The notes beneath the pieces are model-generated. The model saw only the letters and a list, made by a program, of their open reading frames with translations. It searched no databases and was not told the DNA's origin. Shown piece by piece: positions 32,078-43,768 of a stretch of DNA of 64,000 bases. The first letter of the stretch is position 1. Every line of letters begins with the position of its first letter. The stretch lies in assembly GCA_965222075.1 (NCBI GenBank), contig OZ244937.1, positions 1,824,001 through 1,888,000 on the forward strand, given 5' to 3'. The stretch is from Candidatus Latescibacterota bacterium (GTDB taxonomy: Bacteria > Latescibacterota > UBA2968 > GCA-2709665). The position numbers were made by a program, and so were the translations under genes.

Positions 32078-33822
32078 GGATGATCGATCCGGTCCACTCG
32101 CTGGCATTCTCGATCCAGGCCAATCCTGGCGTCTACGCTGTTCTTGTGGGCTCGGGCGTCTCCCGGGCAGCAAAAGTTCCCACCGGTTGGGAGATAACCC
32201 TCGACCTGATTCGCAAGTTGGCGAAACTTTGTGACGAAACGTGCGACCCCGACCCGGAACGCTGGTATCGGGAGAAATTCAAAAAAGAGGCGTCTTACTC
32301 CGACCTTCTCGACGAACTTGCCAGGACGCCGGCCGAGCGACAACAGTTACTCCGCGCGTATTTTGAACCGAACGACCAGGAGCGCGATGAGGGCGAGAAA
32401 GAGCCTACGGCGACGCACCGCGCCATCGCGGCACTGGCCGCACAAGGATTCATAAAGGTCATCCTCACCACGAATTTTGACCGCCTCGTGGAAACCGCCC
32501 TCACCGATGAGGGGGTTGTACCGACCATCCTGAGTTCCCCCGATCAGGTTAAGGGCGCACACCCATTGATTCACACCCAGTGCTGCGTCTTTAAGGTAAA
32601 TGGCGATTACCTCGACACCCGCATCAGGAATACCCCTGCTGAACTTGACGAGTATCCGCCCGAGTTCAATCAACTCCTGGATCGTATCTTCGATGAGTTC
32701 GGCCTGATCGTCTGCGGCTGGTCAGCAGAGTGGGATAGCGCGTTGTGCAAGGCGATTTACCGTGCAAAATCGCGCCGGTTCACGACATACTGGGCGGCAC
32801 GGGGCGAACCCGCAGATGAGGCGCGTCGACTGATTGACCATCGTGGAGCTCAGGTAATTTCCATCGAGGACGCCGACACATTTTTCCAGGACATCCAGCA
32901 ACACGTCGAGTCCATTGAGGAGTTTTCAAGACCTCACCCGCTTTCCACCGAAGCCGCCGTAGCCAGTCTGAAGCGCTACATTCCCGAGCCCCGATACCGA
33001 ATTCAACTGTCGGACCTCGTTGACGGGACCGTTGAGCGAATTGTCGAGGTGACATCTAGCAAGGATTTCACTCGTTACGAGAGCTCGAGTCCGACCACTG
33101 CGTCGACTACCGCGTTTGTCCATAGGTACGAGGCGGCCTGTTCGACACTGCTGGCAATGGCGCCGATAGGGGGCTTTTGGGCAGAAGATGAGCACAATCA
33201 CGTTTGGCAACGAGCGTTGCAGCGTCTTGGTTCGACAGCATCGATCGGGGGTTATGATCTTTGGCTTGGGTTAAGAAAATATCCGGCCACTCTTTTGCTC
33301 TATGCGCTGGGACTCGGTGCAGTCGAGGCTGATCGGCTTCGGTTTCTTGGAAGCGTGTTAGGGACCACGATTCACAGAGAACATCAGGAGGATTTACCCG
33401 CCGTACAGATACTTCCACCTTCTTGCTTGTTTTCGCAAGGTGGACCGGCAATGCGGATTCTGGACGGCATGGGCGAACGCAAAGCACCACTGAACAACTG
33501 GATACACGAGACATTGCGGCCCTATGCTGAACGCATCATCCCTGACGACAACCGGTACACCCTGGTCTTCGACAAACTCGAAATACTGATGGCGCTCAGC
33601 TACGCCCACAAAGACGATCGGCCACCAGAACGGTACTGGGCGCCTCCTGGTGCTTTCGGATACCGGAGTGATAACAGAACGCGCATTATGCAGGAGATCG
33701 AGGAATCGCTCTCAACCAAACAAGAAAAATCGCCGTTTGTAACGTGTGGGATTTTCGGAGAGACCGCAGAGGATTGTAAGAAAGGCGTGGCGGCTTTGGC
33801 AAAGTTGGGTTGGTGGAGATAA
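32074..33822 (+). CDS. SIR2-like (SIR2_2) domain protein
   Basis: VLVGSGVS, ILTTNFDRLVE, KVNGDY, GLIVCGWS. Confidence 0.88.
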   Translation: MRMIDPVHSLAFSIQANPGVYAVLVGSGVSRAAKVPTGWEITLDLIRKLAKLCDETCDPDPERWYREKFKKEASYSDLLDELARTPAERQQLLRAYFEPNDQERDEGEKEPTATHRAIAALAAQGFIKVILTTNFDRLVETALTDEGVVPTILSSPDQVKGAHPLIHTQCCVFKVNGDYLDTRIRNTPAELDEYPPEFNQLLDRIFDEFGLIVCGWSAEWDSALCKAIYRAKSRRFTTYWAARGEPADEARRLIDHRGAQVISIEDADTFFQDIQQHVESIEEFSRPHPLSTEAAVASLKRYIPEPRYRIQLSDLVDGTVERIVEVTSSKDFTRYESSSPTTASTTAFVHRYEAACSTLLAMAPIGGFWAEDEHNHVWQRALQRLGSTASIGGYDLWLGLRKYPATLLLYALGLGAVEADRLRFLGSVLGTTIHREHQEDLPAVQILPPSCLFSQGGPAMRILDGMGERKAPLNNWIHETLRPYAERIIPDDNRYTLVFDKLEILMALSYAHKDDRPPERYWAPPGAFGYRSDNRTRIMQEIEESLSTKQEKSPFVTCGIFGETAEDCKKGVAALAKLGWWR

Positions 33823-33879
33823 TGGCGCGTGTATCTTTCACCGAATCCACCGTCCAACAGGTCGGAGCCGAGCCTGAGC

Positions 33880-35250
33880 AGGCGCGTATTTCGTGACGAT
33901 GGTCGTCCAGGGCCGGCCGTGCCTATTTGGCGCGCCGGGTGTGGGAGGCGTTGCCCCACCGGTTTTCAGGTGTTGAGATGGGTCCGTTTGTGGTCATGCC
34001 AAACCATATTCACACGATCATCATCCTGCACGGAACCGTAGGGGCGTCCCTTGTGGGCGCCCAATCCACGCACAACAGGGCAATCACAAGGGTTGCCCCT
34101 ACATTGGACGATGTGATCGGACCGGAATGGGACCGGGGTCGAGAATAGTACGATGCGGTGGAATACGGTTACGACAAACCAAATCCCGTCCGCATACACC
34201 ACCTGTAGCGCCCCTGGTGGGCGCCCGACCCACACCCAACAGGGCAACCACAAGGGTTGCCCCTACAAGAACCCTCATGTCCCCTGCCGGGGGTGACGTG
34301 TGCCATTCCAGGAGAACGCCCCATTGAAACACCGCTACAACCCGGACCACCATCACCGCAGGTCCATCCGACTGCGGGGATACGACTACACACAGGCGGG
34401 CGCGTATTTCGTGACGATGGTCGTCCAGGGCCGGTTGTGCCTGTTCGGCGATGTGATCGGCGCAGAGATGCGTTTGAATGAGGCTGGGGAAATGGCGCAC
34501 CGGGTGTGGGAGGCGTTGCCCCATCGGTTTCCAGGCGTTGAGATGGGGCCTTGTGTGGTCATGCCAAACCATATTCACGCGATCATCGTCCTGCACGGAA
34601 CCGTAGGGGCGTCCCTTGTGGGCGCCGACCCACGTACAACAGGGCAATCACAAGGGTTGCCCCTACATTGGACGATGTGATCGGACCGGAATGGGACCGG
34701 GGTCGAGAATAGTACGATGCGGTGGAATACGGTTACGACAAACCAAATCCCGTCCGCATACACCACCTGTAGCGCCCCTGGTGGGCGCCCGACCCACACC
34801 CAACAGGGCAACCACAAGGGTTGCCCCTACAAGAACCCTCATGTCCCCTGCCGGGGGTGACGTGTGCCATTCCAGGAGAACGCCCCATTGAAACACCGCT
34901 ACAACCCGGACCACCATCACCGCAGGTCCATCCGACTGCGGGGATACGACTACACACAGGCGGGCGCGTATTTCGTGACGATGGTCGTCCAGGGCCGGTT
35001 GTGCCTGTTCGGCGATGTGATCGGCGCAGAGATGCGTTTGAATGAGGCTGGGGAAATGGCGCGCCGGGTGTGGGAGACGTTGCCCCATCGGTTTCCAGGC
35101 GTTGAGATGGGGCCTTGTGTGGTCATGCCAAACCATATTCACGCGATCACCGTCCTGCACGGAACCGTAGGGGCGCCCCTTGTGGGCGCCCAATCCACGC
35201 CCAACAGGGCAACCACAAGGGTTGCCCCTACATTGGGCGATGTGATCGGT
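33880..35250 (+). repeat. About 564 bp tandem repeat (roughly 2.4 units) of the RAYT 5' half plus REP doublets
   Basis: GTAGGGGCG occurs at 34038, 34603 and 35167; further doublets near 34205 and 34769; duplicated ORFs are offset by 564. Confidence 0.9.
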
Positions 35251-35472
35251 GCGTACAAATCGTTGACCACGGTGGAATATGTGGGAGGCGCCCAGGCCAG
35301 GGGGTGGACACGGTTTCGGGACCGGCTGTGGCAGCGGAACTACTACGAACACATTGTGAGGGACGACGAGTCCCTTGGGAGAATCGAAGGATATATTCTC
35401 GACAACCCGGCAAATTGGTCACTCGACGAAGAGAATCCCCTGAACGTGTCGACGGTATCGGAACCCCTATGA
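34864..35472 (+). CDS. REP-associated tyrosine (Y1/HUH) transposase, RAYT
   Basis: [46 protein letters not shown]; truncated copies at 34300-34680 and about 33880-34120. Confidence 0.92.
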   Translation: MPFQENAPLKHRYNPDHHHRRSIRLRGYDYTQAGAYFVTMVVQGRLCLFGDVIGAEMRLNEAGEMARRVWETLPHRFPGVEMGPCVVMPNHIHAITVLHGTVGAPLVGAQSTPNRATTRVAPTLGDVIGAYKSLTTVEYVGGAQARGWTRFRDRLWQRNYYEHIVRDDESLGRIEGYILDNPANWSLDEENPLNVSTVSEPL

Positions 35473-38400
35473 CCACCATCACCGAAGCCGACGTTGAAGT
35501 CGCCGCCCTGGACTGGCTGGCGGGCCTCGGTTGGCAGGTCGCGCACGGGCCGGACATCGCGCCGGATACACCGAACGCCGAACGAGGCGACTACGGGCAG
35601 GTCGTGCTGGAACCGCGCCTGCGGGATTCCCTTGCCGAACTGAACCCCGCCCTGCCCCCCGACGCCCTTGACGACGCCTACCGCAGGCTGACCCGCCCCG
35701 AAGGCTCGACCCTGGAGGCACGCAACCGCGCCTTCCACCGGATGCTCGTCGACGGTGGGACAGTGGGATACCGGGGCGACGATGGCGCCGTCCGCTGGGA
35801 ACAGGCAAAGGTCATCGACTTCGACAACCCTGGCAACAACGACTGGCTGGCCGTCAACCAGTTCACCGTCACGGAGAATAAGAACACGCGCAGGCCCGAC
35901 GTGGTGCTGTTCGTCAACGGCCTGCCCCTGTGCGTGATCGAGTTGAAGAACCCGGCGGACGAGGACGCCACCATCTGGACGGCATGGCACCAGCTCCAGA
36001 CCTACAAGGCTGAACTGCCCACCCTCTTCTCCATGAACGAGGCGCTCATGGTCTCGGACGGGACCGAAGCCCGCATAGGCACGCTGACCTCCGGCAGGGA
36101 GTGGTTCAAGCCCTGGCGCACTATTGCGGGGGAGACGCTGGCCGACCGGCTCTTGACCGAGCTTCAGGTAATGCTGGAAGGTGTCTTTGAGCGAAGCCGT
36201 TTCCTCGGGCTCGTCCGCGACTTCATCGTTTTCGATGACGACGGCAGCGGCGCGCTGGAGAAAAAGATGGCGGGCTATCACCAGTTCCACGCGGTCAGGG
36301 TCGCGGTTGACGAAACGCTGCGCGCGGCGGAGTTACAACGATCAGCCGACAGGACCGTTGACACTGGCGGAAGGTACGAGACGGGCCGCAAGCCCGGGGG
36401 TGAGGCCGGCGACCGCCGTATCGGCGTGGTGTGGCACACTCAGGGGTCCGGCAAGAGCCTGACCATGGCCTTCTACGCCGGACGGATCGTTCTCGACCCG
36501 GCCATGGAGAACCCCACCATCGTCGTCCTCACCGACCGCAACGACCTGGACGACCAGCTTTTCGGCACCTTCTCCCGCTGCCAGGATCTGCTGCGCCAGC
36601 CGCCAGCCCAGGCGGAGAGCCGGACCGACCTGAGAAACAAACTCTCGGTGAATGCCGGTGGCGTGGTGTTCACAACGATCCAAAAGTTCTTCCCCGAGGA
36701 GAAGGGCGATACCCACCCAACGCTCTCCCTGCGCCGCAACATCGTGGTCATCGCCGACGAGGCCCACCGCAGCCAGTACGACTTCATCGACGGATTCGCA
36801 CGCCACATGCGAGACGCGTTGCCCAACGCCTCTTTCGTCGGCTTTACCGGTACGCCCATAGAACTTCAGGACGCCAACACGCGGGCCGTGTTCGGGGACT
36901 ACATCAGCATCTACGACATCCAGCGTTCCGTCGAGGACGGGGCCACGGTGCCGATCTACTACGAGAGTCGGCTGGCCAGGCTGACGCTCGATGAGGCCGA
37001 GAGGCCGCTCATTGACCCGGAGTTCGAAGAGGCGACCGAAGGCGAGGAAGTCGAGCGCAAGGAGAAGCTCAAGACCCGCTGGGCACAGCTCGAAGCCATC
37101 GTCGGCGCCGAGAAGCGGCTGAAGCTCGTCGCCGAGGACATCGTCGCCCATTTTGAGCAAAGGCTCGAATCCCTTGATGGCAAGGCGATGGTCGTCTGCA
37201 TGAGCCGACGCATCTGCATCGACCTCTACCACGAACTGGTGAGGCTACGCCCTGATTGGCATCACGAGGATGACGACAAGGGGTACCTCAAAGTCGTGAT
37301 GACCGGTTCGGCCTCCGACCCCGTGGATTGGCAGCCGCACATCCGCAACAAGCCGCGACGGGAGGCGCTGGCCAAGCGGTTCCGCGACCCCGACGATCCC
37401 CTGAGGGTCGTGCTGGTGCGCGACATGTGGCTCACCGGCTTCGACGCGCCCAGCCTGCACACCATGTACGTGGACAAACCGATGCGCGGCCATGGGCTGA
37501 TGCAGGCCATCGCCCGGGTCAACCGCGTGTTCAGGGATAAGCCGGGCGGCCTCGTCGTCGATTACCTGGGACTCGCCCACGAACTCAAGCGCGCATTGGC
37601 GACCTACACCGAAAGCGGCGGCACCGGGCAAACCGCACTCGACCAAAAAGAAGCGGTGGCGGTCATGCTGGAGAAATACGAAATCTGTTGCGGCCTGTTC
37701 CACGGCTTCGACCGGTCCAGGTGGATCACCGGCACACCGGCGGAACGCCTGAGCCTGCTACCGGCCGCGCAGGAACACATCCTGGCGCAAGAGAACGGCA
37801 AGGACCGCTGCGTGCAGGCGGTGCGCGAGCTTTCCCAGGCCTTCGCCCTGGCCGTCCCCCACGAGGACGCGCTGCGCATCCGGGACGACATCGGGTTCTT
37901 TCAAGCGGTTCGAGGGCAGCTGATGAAGCGGGCCGGCGGCGAGGTACGTCCGGAGGAAGAGTTGGACCACGCCGTGCGCCAGATCATCTCCCGCGCAGTG
38001 GCCTCCGAGGGCGTCATCGACATCTTCGCCGCCGCGGGTCTGGAAAAGCCGGACATCTCGGTGTTGTCGGACGAGTTCCTGGCCGAGGTGCGGGGGATGC
38101 CCCAGCGCAACCTCGCAGTCGAGCTGTTACAGAAGCTACTCAAGGGCGAACTCGCCACCCGCCGCCGGAAGAACGTCGTCCAGGCCCGTTCTTTCGCCCA
38201 GATGCTGGAACAGACCCTCCGCCGCTATCAGAACCGCGCCGTCGAAGCCGCGCAGGTGATCGAGGAGCTGATCCAGCTTGCAAAAGACATGCGGGAGGCC
38301 AACGCCCGCGGCGAGACGCTCGGACTCTCGGCGGACGAACTGGCCTTCTACGACGCGTTGGAGACCAACGACAGCGCCGTCCAGGTCCTGGGCGACGAGA

Positions 38401-38609
38401 CCCTGCGCACCATAGCCCGCAAGCTGGTCGAAACCGTCCGCAACAACGTCACCATCGACTGGACCCTGCGCGAGAACATCCGTGCGCAGCTGCGGGTGCT
38501 GGTCAAGCGCACGCTGCGCAAGTATGGCTACCCACCCGACAAGCAGGAAAAGGCAACACAAACCGTCCTGGAGCAAGCCGAGGTCCTATCCGCCGGATGG
38601 GCTGTGTGA
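35469..38609 (+). CDS. hsdR: Type I restriction endonuclease subunit R
   Basis: [60 protein letters not shown]; ATG overlaps the RAYT stop. Confidence 0.97.
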   Translation: MTTITEADVEVAALDWLAGLGWQVAHGPDIAPDTPNAERGDYGQVVLEPRLRDSLAELNPALPPDALDDAYRRLTRPEGSTLEARNRAFHRMLVDGGTVGYRGDDGAVRWEQAKVIDFDNPGNNDWLAVNQFTVTENKNTRRPDVVLFVNGLPLCVIELKNPADEDATIWTAWHQLQTYKAELPTLFSMNEALMVSDGTEARIGTLTSGREWFKPWRTIAGETLADRLLTELQVMLEGVFERSRFLGLVRDFIVFDDDGSGALEKKMAGYHQFHAVRVAVDETLRAAELQRSADRTVDTGGRYETGRKPGGEAGDRRIGVVWHTQGSGKSLTMAFYAGRIVLDPAMENPTIVVLTDRNDLDDQLFGTFSRCQDLLRQPPAQAESRTDLRNKLSVNAGGVVFTTIQKFFPEEKGDTHPTLSLRRNIVVIADEAHRSQYDFIDGFARHMRDALPNASFVGFTGTPIELQDANTRAVFGDYISIYDIQRSVEDGATVPIYYESRLARLTLDEAERPLIDPEFEEATEGEEVERKEKLKTRWAQLEAIVGAEKRLKLVAEDIVAHFEQRLESLDGKAMVVCMSRRICIDLYHELVRLRPDWHHEDDDKGYLKVVMTGSASDPVDWQPHIRNKPRREALAKRFRDPDDPLRVVLVRDMWLTGFDAPSLHTMYVDKPMRGHGLMQAIARVNRVFRDKPGGLVVDYLGLAHELKRALATYTESGGTGQTALDQKEAVAVMLEKYEICCGLFHGFDRSRWITGTPAERLSLLPAAQEHILAQENGKDRCVQAVRELSQAFALAVPHEDALRIRDDIGFFQAVRGQLMKRAGGEVRPEEELDHAVRQIISRAVASEGVIDIFAAAGLEKPDISVLSDEFLAEVRGMPQRNLAVELLQKLLKGELATRRRKNVVQARSFAQMLEQTLRRYQNRAVEAAQVIEELIQLAKDMREANARGETLGLSADELAFYDALETNDSAVQVLGDETLRTIARKLVETVRNNVTIDWTLRENIRAQLRVLVKRTLRKYGYPPDKQEKATQTVLEQAEVLSAGWAV

Positions 38610-38666
38610 GCCGACACGGGAAAATCTCCACGATTTCCTGCACACTCATTAATAGGTAGAAAAGAT

Positions 38667-41345
38667 ATGTCAACACGCACGTTCTTCCTCTCGATTCTTG
38701 TGGTCCTGGGGGTCCTCCAGATGCAGCCGGCTCCGGACGCCGACTTCGACGGCAACGGGACCGTGGACTTCGCCGACTTTATCGCCTTTGCCCGGGCCTT
38801 CGGATCCACGCAGGCCAGGTACGATCTGAACAAGAACGGCATCGTGGACTTTACCGACTTTGTCGTATTCGCCCAAGCGTTCGGGCAGTCGGGCGGCTCC
38901 GGGGTTGCATCGGACCCAAATCTGCCGCGCCTGCGCAAGTACAACGTTCCACACCCCGTCTATCCCGTAGACCATCCAATCTGGACCCTGGTGCGCGGCA
39001 AGGTCCAGGCCGACGACTGGATGGACAAATCCAACGGTGAGTTGCGGTCCCACATCGATGAGCAGGGCGCCCGCCGGGGGGACAACGCCCTGATGCTGGA
39101 GGTGCTCCAGCGACTGGCGCACAAATATGCCTGGACCGGCGAAGCCAAATACGCCTACAAGGCCGCGGTCATCTTAGACCGCTACGCCGAAGTCATCGGC
39201 GTCTGGCCCTTTTTCGACCAGTCTGGCAAGAAGACCTACCCCCACGACGTCATGCTGCCCCAGTACGGCATTGAAATGCCTCCCCACTACGGCGCCTTCT
39301 GGAGCACCTGGCACCCCTACGACCTCCAGGCCTCCCACCCGCTGGCCCTGGCCTACGACCAGATCGTGAACAGTGGCCAGATGGAAAAACTGGCCGAAGA
39401 AACGGGTCAGGACGTCCGCCTGAAGATCGAGCGCGACCTCCTTTACGCCAACCTGGAGATCGCCGACCGGTACCCCCTGATGTACATCAACACCGACGCC
39501 AACCTGCTCTTCGGCATGCTCATCTGGGGCCAGGCCCTGGGCGATCCCGAACTCGTCCACCGCGCCATCCGCTTTGGCGACGGCCTGCGCAAAGTCTCGT
39601 ATTTCCCCAGCATGTTCTGGCACGAAGGCTCGCCCAGCTATCACATGATGATCACCGGCCGGTGGGCCATCTACTATCCAAAAGGCTGCCTTGATTCCTA
39701 CTCGGACCCGGCCGGATACAGGGACCCGGTAGACGGCGCCCGCTTCGACAAGGCCGACTTCCTCGCCCGTTACCAGCCCCTGTTGGACGGGGCCGCCCGC
39801 CAGATGCAGAAGTGGGTGCTGCCCAACGGCCACTACGCCGCCGTCCACGACACGCACTGGAAGGACAACACCATCGAGCGCTGGGACTGCTACGGCATCC
39901 TGGACGAGTACCTGCCCTCCGAATCCACCGCAGTCCTTCACACCTGGGTCGGCCACGCCACCCTCGGTCGAGGACAGGGCCCGAACCAGGTCCAGGCCCA
40001 CCTGCACTTCTCCGGTGCGATGGGTCACGAACACAAAGACAACCTCAATTTCTTCCTCTGGGCCAAAAACAAGGAACTCCTGTCCGAAACCGACTACTAC
40101 GGCATCGACAACCGCGCCTGGGCCGCCAGCACGGCCGGGCACAACACCGTCGTGGTCAACGAACAGGACCAGTTTCGGCGGGGCAACGCCCCGCAGCGGC
40201 AGTTTTCCGACATCGACCGGGTGCCCGGCGTGGAGGACTTCTGGTTCGCCCGCACCCACCTCAAACACGGCACCACCCTCACCGATGGACAACTCCGCCT
40301 CTTCTCCGCCGACGCACCCGGCATCCAGGTCGTGGAAGCCGATGGCCACCGCGCCTACCCCTCGGACCTGGTCAAACTCTACCGACGCACCCTCGCGATG
40401 GTCCAAACCGGTGGTGAAGATATCTATATTGTGGACATCTTTCGCGTCCGGGGAGGGGGCACCCACGACTGGATGCTCCATGGCCCGCTCCAGGACGACT
40501 ACACCGTCACCACCTCCCTGAACCTCAACCCTCACGGGGGTACGCGCCACGAATGGCTGGACGACCTCCGCTCTGCCCGGACCGACGGGCCCTGGTGGGC
40601 GGAGTTCAGAACCCCTACCGGCGAGGCGGTGCGCACCACCGTGATGCCCGCAGCAGGCACCGAGGTCACCCTCGCACAGGGACCGGCCATGCGCCGGATG
40701 GGCACGCAGACCTTCCTGGACGTGAGGCGTGTCGGCTCCTCAACATCGGTCTTCGTAGCGGTCCACGAACCGCATACGGGCAGCCCCCGCATCCGCTCGG
40801 TCAAACTCGTCCCCGCCGGGCGCGCCTCGGAAATGGCCGTCGCGCTGCAGGTCGAACTCCCGGACCGCACCGACACAATCCTCTCCACACTTGATGAAAA
40901 CGGCGCAATCGTCGCCGCCGAAATCGACTTTCAGGGCCGCTTCGGCTACCTGTCCGTCCCAAACAACCGGGCACGTACCCTGTACATGGCCGACGCCGGC
41001 CACCTCAAAACCGGCGGGGCGACCCTGGAAGGTCCGGCGGCCTACACTGGCGCCGTCACACAAACCCTCAGCACCGCGCGGGGCGATGCCCTCAACGCCT
41101 TCGTCGTGGACGCCCCGATCCCCGATCCGAACCTGACCGGCAAACTCTTCCTCACCACCGACGGCGACGGCAGCACGCGCGGATTCCTGATCAAAGCCGT
41201 CCACGGCAACCGGATCGAGGTCGACCGGCTGCCCGGAATGACCGTCCAGGACGGCTACGTCAAGCTCCAGTACTTCCCCAACTGGGGAATCCCCGGCGGG
41301 CTGGACTTCCGAATTGTCAACTCGGTGCACACATCGACGCGCTGA
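38667..41345 (+). CDS. Secreted heparinase II/III-like protein with an N-terminal dockerin/EF-hand module
   Basis: Signal peptide, DFDGNGTVDFADF...DLNKNGIVDFTDF, WHEGSPSYH, GHEHKD, TAGHNTVVVN. Confidence 0.8.
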   Translation: MSTRTFFLSILVVLGVLQMQPAPDADFDGNGTVDFADFIAFARAFGSTQARYDLNKNGIVDFTDFVVFAQAFGQSGGSGVASDPNLPRLRKYNVPHPVYPVDHPIWTLVRGKVQADDWMDKSNGELRSHIDEQGARRGDNALMLEVLQRLAHKYAWTGEAKYAYKAAVILDRYAEVIGVWPFFDQSGKKTYPHDVMLPQYGIEMPPHYGAFWSTWHPYDLQASHPLALAYDQIVNSGQMEKLAEETGQDVRLKIERDLLYANLEIADRYPLMYINTDANLLFGMLIWGQALGDPELVHRAIRFGDGLRKVSYFPSMFWHEGSPSYHMMITGRWAIYYPKGCLDSYSDPAGYRDPVDGARFDKADFLARYQPLLDGAARQMQKWVLPNGHYAAVHDTHWKDNTIERWDCYGILDEYLPSESTAVLHTWVGHATLGRGQGPNQVQAHLHFSGAMGHEHKDNLNFFLWAKNKELLSETDYYGIDNRAWAASTAGHNTVVVNEQDQFRRGNAPQRQFSDIDRVPGVEDFWFARTHLKHGTTLTDGQLRLFSADAPGIQVVEADGHRAYPSDLVKLYRRTLAMVQTGGEDIYIVDIFRVRGGGTHDWMLHGPLQDDYTVTTSLNLNPHGGTRHEWLDDLRSARTDGPWWAEFRTPTGEAVRTTVMPAAGTEVTLAQGPAMRRMGTQTFLDVRRVGSSTSVFVAVHEPHTGSPRIRSVKLVPAGRASEMAVALQVELPDRTDTILSTLDENGAIVAAEIDFQGRFGYLSVPNNRARTLYMADAGHLKTGGATLEGPAAYTGAVTQTLSTARGDALNAFVVDAPIPDPNLTGKLFLTTDGDGSTRGFLIKAVHGNRIEVDRLPGMTVQDGYVKLQYFPNWGIPGGLDFRIVNSVHTSTR

Positions 41346-41348
41346 AAA
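41208..41348 (+). repeat. About 140 bp direct repeat, left copy (right copy 49699-49839)
   Basis: 3' end of the heparinase-like gene repeated at offset 8491 with about 5 mismatches. Confidence 0.95.
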
Positions 41349-41492
41349 GAACAGACTCACCGCAGAGACACAGAGGAACGCGGAGACAGATTAAAAAACC
41401 TGGTTCATGTAAGATTTTGGCGGAAGGAAGTCAGAAGAGGAAATATCGGGATGATAGTGAAGACACGGCGGCGCAGCCGAAAGAGAGAATCC

Positions 41493-42806
41493 ATGGAAGA
41501 CAGTGTTGTGCGTAAGGGCTTCACATACGTGCACATCCTGCTCTATATTCGTACCCTGTTAATTGCGGGAGCATTCGCCGTTTGTAGCGCCAGCGAGCCG
41601 GTTGAAGCAGGGGTATGGGACTACCTCAAGCAGTACTACCAGTCCATGCGGTTGGGTGAATTGGACGAGGTCGGCATTCGTGAAACGCCGGTGGAATACG
41701 CCGGCGAAGTCGGACTCGAGTTGATAGGCAGGGTCGAGCTACCTCTTGACGAGGATACACCGGGCATTGGGAATATAGCGTGGACGGGGATTACGGCGGA
41801 TAGTTCCCTGGCACTCATTGATTTAATCTCGTATGAGGTGTACGAGTTCAGCTTGCGTGACGGTCATTACGCACGCTCCATCGGGAGAAAAGGCCGAGGT
41901 CCCGGCGAGTATCAGATGGCTTGGAATATGGCCGTGGATCCGAAGGGCTATTTCTATGTTCAAGATATAGGGATCCAAGTCCTGCGCTATGACCAGCAGG
42001 GTAATTATCTCGATAGAACGCGATCGATTGGTAGTAAGAAGGTTGCGTGTGATCGCGATGGGGCCGTATTTTTTTTGGGAGTGAACGCTAATAATATAAT
42101 TCAGCTACAGAAGAGAGTCCCCAATATGAACTGGAAGGTGCAATATACGATCTCTCTTTCTACAAAAAAACAAGAGATTCTAGCCTATCGGATGAGTTCT
42201 TATGCTCAATTACGCTACAATCCCATGTCGCACCGTTTCTATTACCTGGGACCCAACGATGATAAGGTCAAAGAGATTGACGCGGAGCGCGGCGAGATCG
42301 TCCGACAATTTGGCCTTTTCGTGCCTCAACCTGTGGTTGAGGGATATCGTGTTGACCCTGAGTCCAGAGCGTTGGAAGTGATCCATTCCGGTCGTTGGCA
42401 GACCCCCGAATACGTCCCGCTGCCAGAAAGCTACCATGACAAAGGTGTGGGTTCCCGTGAGGATATGCGAGCGTTGCGCATAAGCAAGGTGACTGCTATG
42501 ATATTACTCGATAATCGGTACCTTATAGTCTTTTACATACACCCATCTCTACAAATGTCCCGGATCATTTACGACCTGAAGGCAGGTGAGAGTGTAAAGG
42601 CCTATTCGTTTAATGAAGAAGCTTCGAAGGCGTTCGTTTGTCTTGTAGAATATTCAGCTCCTGATAACTTTGCCCCAGCCACGATGAGTGGTACGCAGAT
42701 GGCTGCGTGGCAAGATCGGCTGTATATCTATCAGCCGCCCCTATTTGAGAAAGCAGAGCAATCGAACGGCGTGATAAAGATCTATACGCTTTCATTTCCT
42801 CAGTGA
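41493..42806 (+). CDS. 6-bladed beta-propeller (NHL-like) exported protein
   Basis: Hydrophobic N-terminus; SIGRKGRGPGEYQ...AVDPKG. Confidence 0.75.
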   Translation: MEDSVVRKGFTYVHILLYIRTLLIAGAFAVCSASEPVEAGVWDYLKQYYQSMRLGELDEVGIRETPVEYAGEVGLELIGRVELPLDEDTPGIGNIAWTGITADSSLALIDLISYEVYEFSLRDGHYARSIGRKGRGPGEYQMAWNMAVDPKGYFYVQDIGIQVLRYDQQGNYLDRTRSIGSKKVACDRDGAVFFLGVNANNIIQLQKRVPNMNWKVQYTISLSTKKQEILAYRMSSYAQLRYNPMSHRFYYLGPNDDKVKEIDAERGEIVRQFGLFVPQPVVEGYRVDPESRALEVIHSGRWQTPEYVPLPESYHDKGVGSREDMRALRISKVTAMILLDNRYLIVFYIHPSLQMSRIIYDLKAGESVKAYSFNEEASKAFVCLVEYSAPDNFAPATMSGTQMAAWQDRLYIYQPPLFEKAEQSNGVIKIYTLSFPQ

Positions 42807-42817
42807 ACGATATTATA

Positions 42818-43768
42818 TTAGACCTGCACGGCCAGTTGGTCTAGTAACTGACGGATATTCCGCTCATTCCCCGCAATAAATACGGGAGCCAATGCTCCGC
42901 GGCCATGCAGGGCCTGGATCAGGAAATCAATTTGGAGCATCTTTTCTTCAGGTTTCTTGCAGTTGGGCCATTTTTTAAGGAACAGATGTGCAGGGAATGG
43001 GTGGCCTGTTCTCAGTTTGAGACTCGAAACTTCCTTCTTCCACATCTGCCACTTAAAGATGTGGCCGCATCCATGGCAGAGCAGTTTCTCATCGCGCCGT
43101 TTCAGTGACTTACGAAAGTTTCTCCATCGGCGCCGGTAATCACAATGCGGACAGTGAAGGTAGCCTCCCGAATGCACGGCCGTCTTCCCGCATTTGGGGC
43201 AGAGGAACTCACGGTTTGCAGAGGAGGCTTTGCGTTCACCGTCATTATTCGCATCCCAGCGATTGCTTTGGAAATTCGGTCTTCGGATAAGAGATCCGCA
43301 CTCTGGGCAGGGAAGACGAAGCCGACGAGTAACTGATTGCCGATATTGGCGGGTCGCCCAAGATTTTCCGCACTGGCATTCCAGCCGATTTGTTTCAGCG
43401 TTCAATTTCAACATGGAATAGCAGTCGAAGCAGTGAGGGGTTTCCCGAAGGGCATCCCGGCAGTCGCTCCACAAGAGACGTTTCAGGCAACAAGAGCAGT
43501 GGAACCAGCCCGACCGATAAGTCTTTTCGGAAGAAAGACTGACGCTTTCCGCTGGTGACAATATGTTTCTGCGTTTCACGTTCGTCCCGCATTGAGGACA
43601 AGGGACTTCGCCATATTCAATGGCACGAGCTACAGCTACGACATCCCTGCACCGAGCATACAAGCCCCAGCCTACTTCGAGTAGAAGTTCATCATCATAT
43701 ACGCCGATGCGAGAAAGCCTGTAAAGACGGCCAATTTCCACTGGCTTTATGCGAGGTGCCCATTTCAT
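42818..43768 (-). CDS. Multi zinc-ribbon hypothetical protein
   Basis: CPQC, CSCC, CFDC, CQC, CPEC, CPKC, CPHC, CHGC; ATG lies inside the IS1595 target duplication. Confidence 0.75.
   Translation of the reverse strand: MKWAPRIKPVEIGRLYRLSRIGVYDDELLLEVGWGLYARCRDVVAVARAIEYGEVPCPQCGTNVKRRNILSPAESVSLSSEKTYRSGWFHCSCCLKRLLWSDCRDALRETPHCFDCYSMLKLNAETNRLECQCGKSWATRQYRQSVTRRLRLPCPECGSLIRRPNFQSNRWDANNDGERKASSANREFLCPKCGKTAVHSGGYLHCPHCDYRRRWRNFRKSLKRRDEKLLCHGCGHIFKWQMWKKEVSSLKLRTGHPFPAHLFLKKWPNCKKPEEKMLQIDFLIQALHGRGALAPVFIAGNERNIRQLLDQLAVQV

Noticed and set aside
33880-35250. Possible CRISPR array
   Set aside because: The repeats are REP doublets within ~564 bp duplicated units; the intervening sequence is repeated rather than unique, and no cas genes are seen.
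35115-35468. N-terminal extension of HsdR in the ORF track (1164 aa)
   Set aside because: It overlaps the RAYT in another frame; the HsdR-like sequence begins at ATG 35469.
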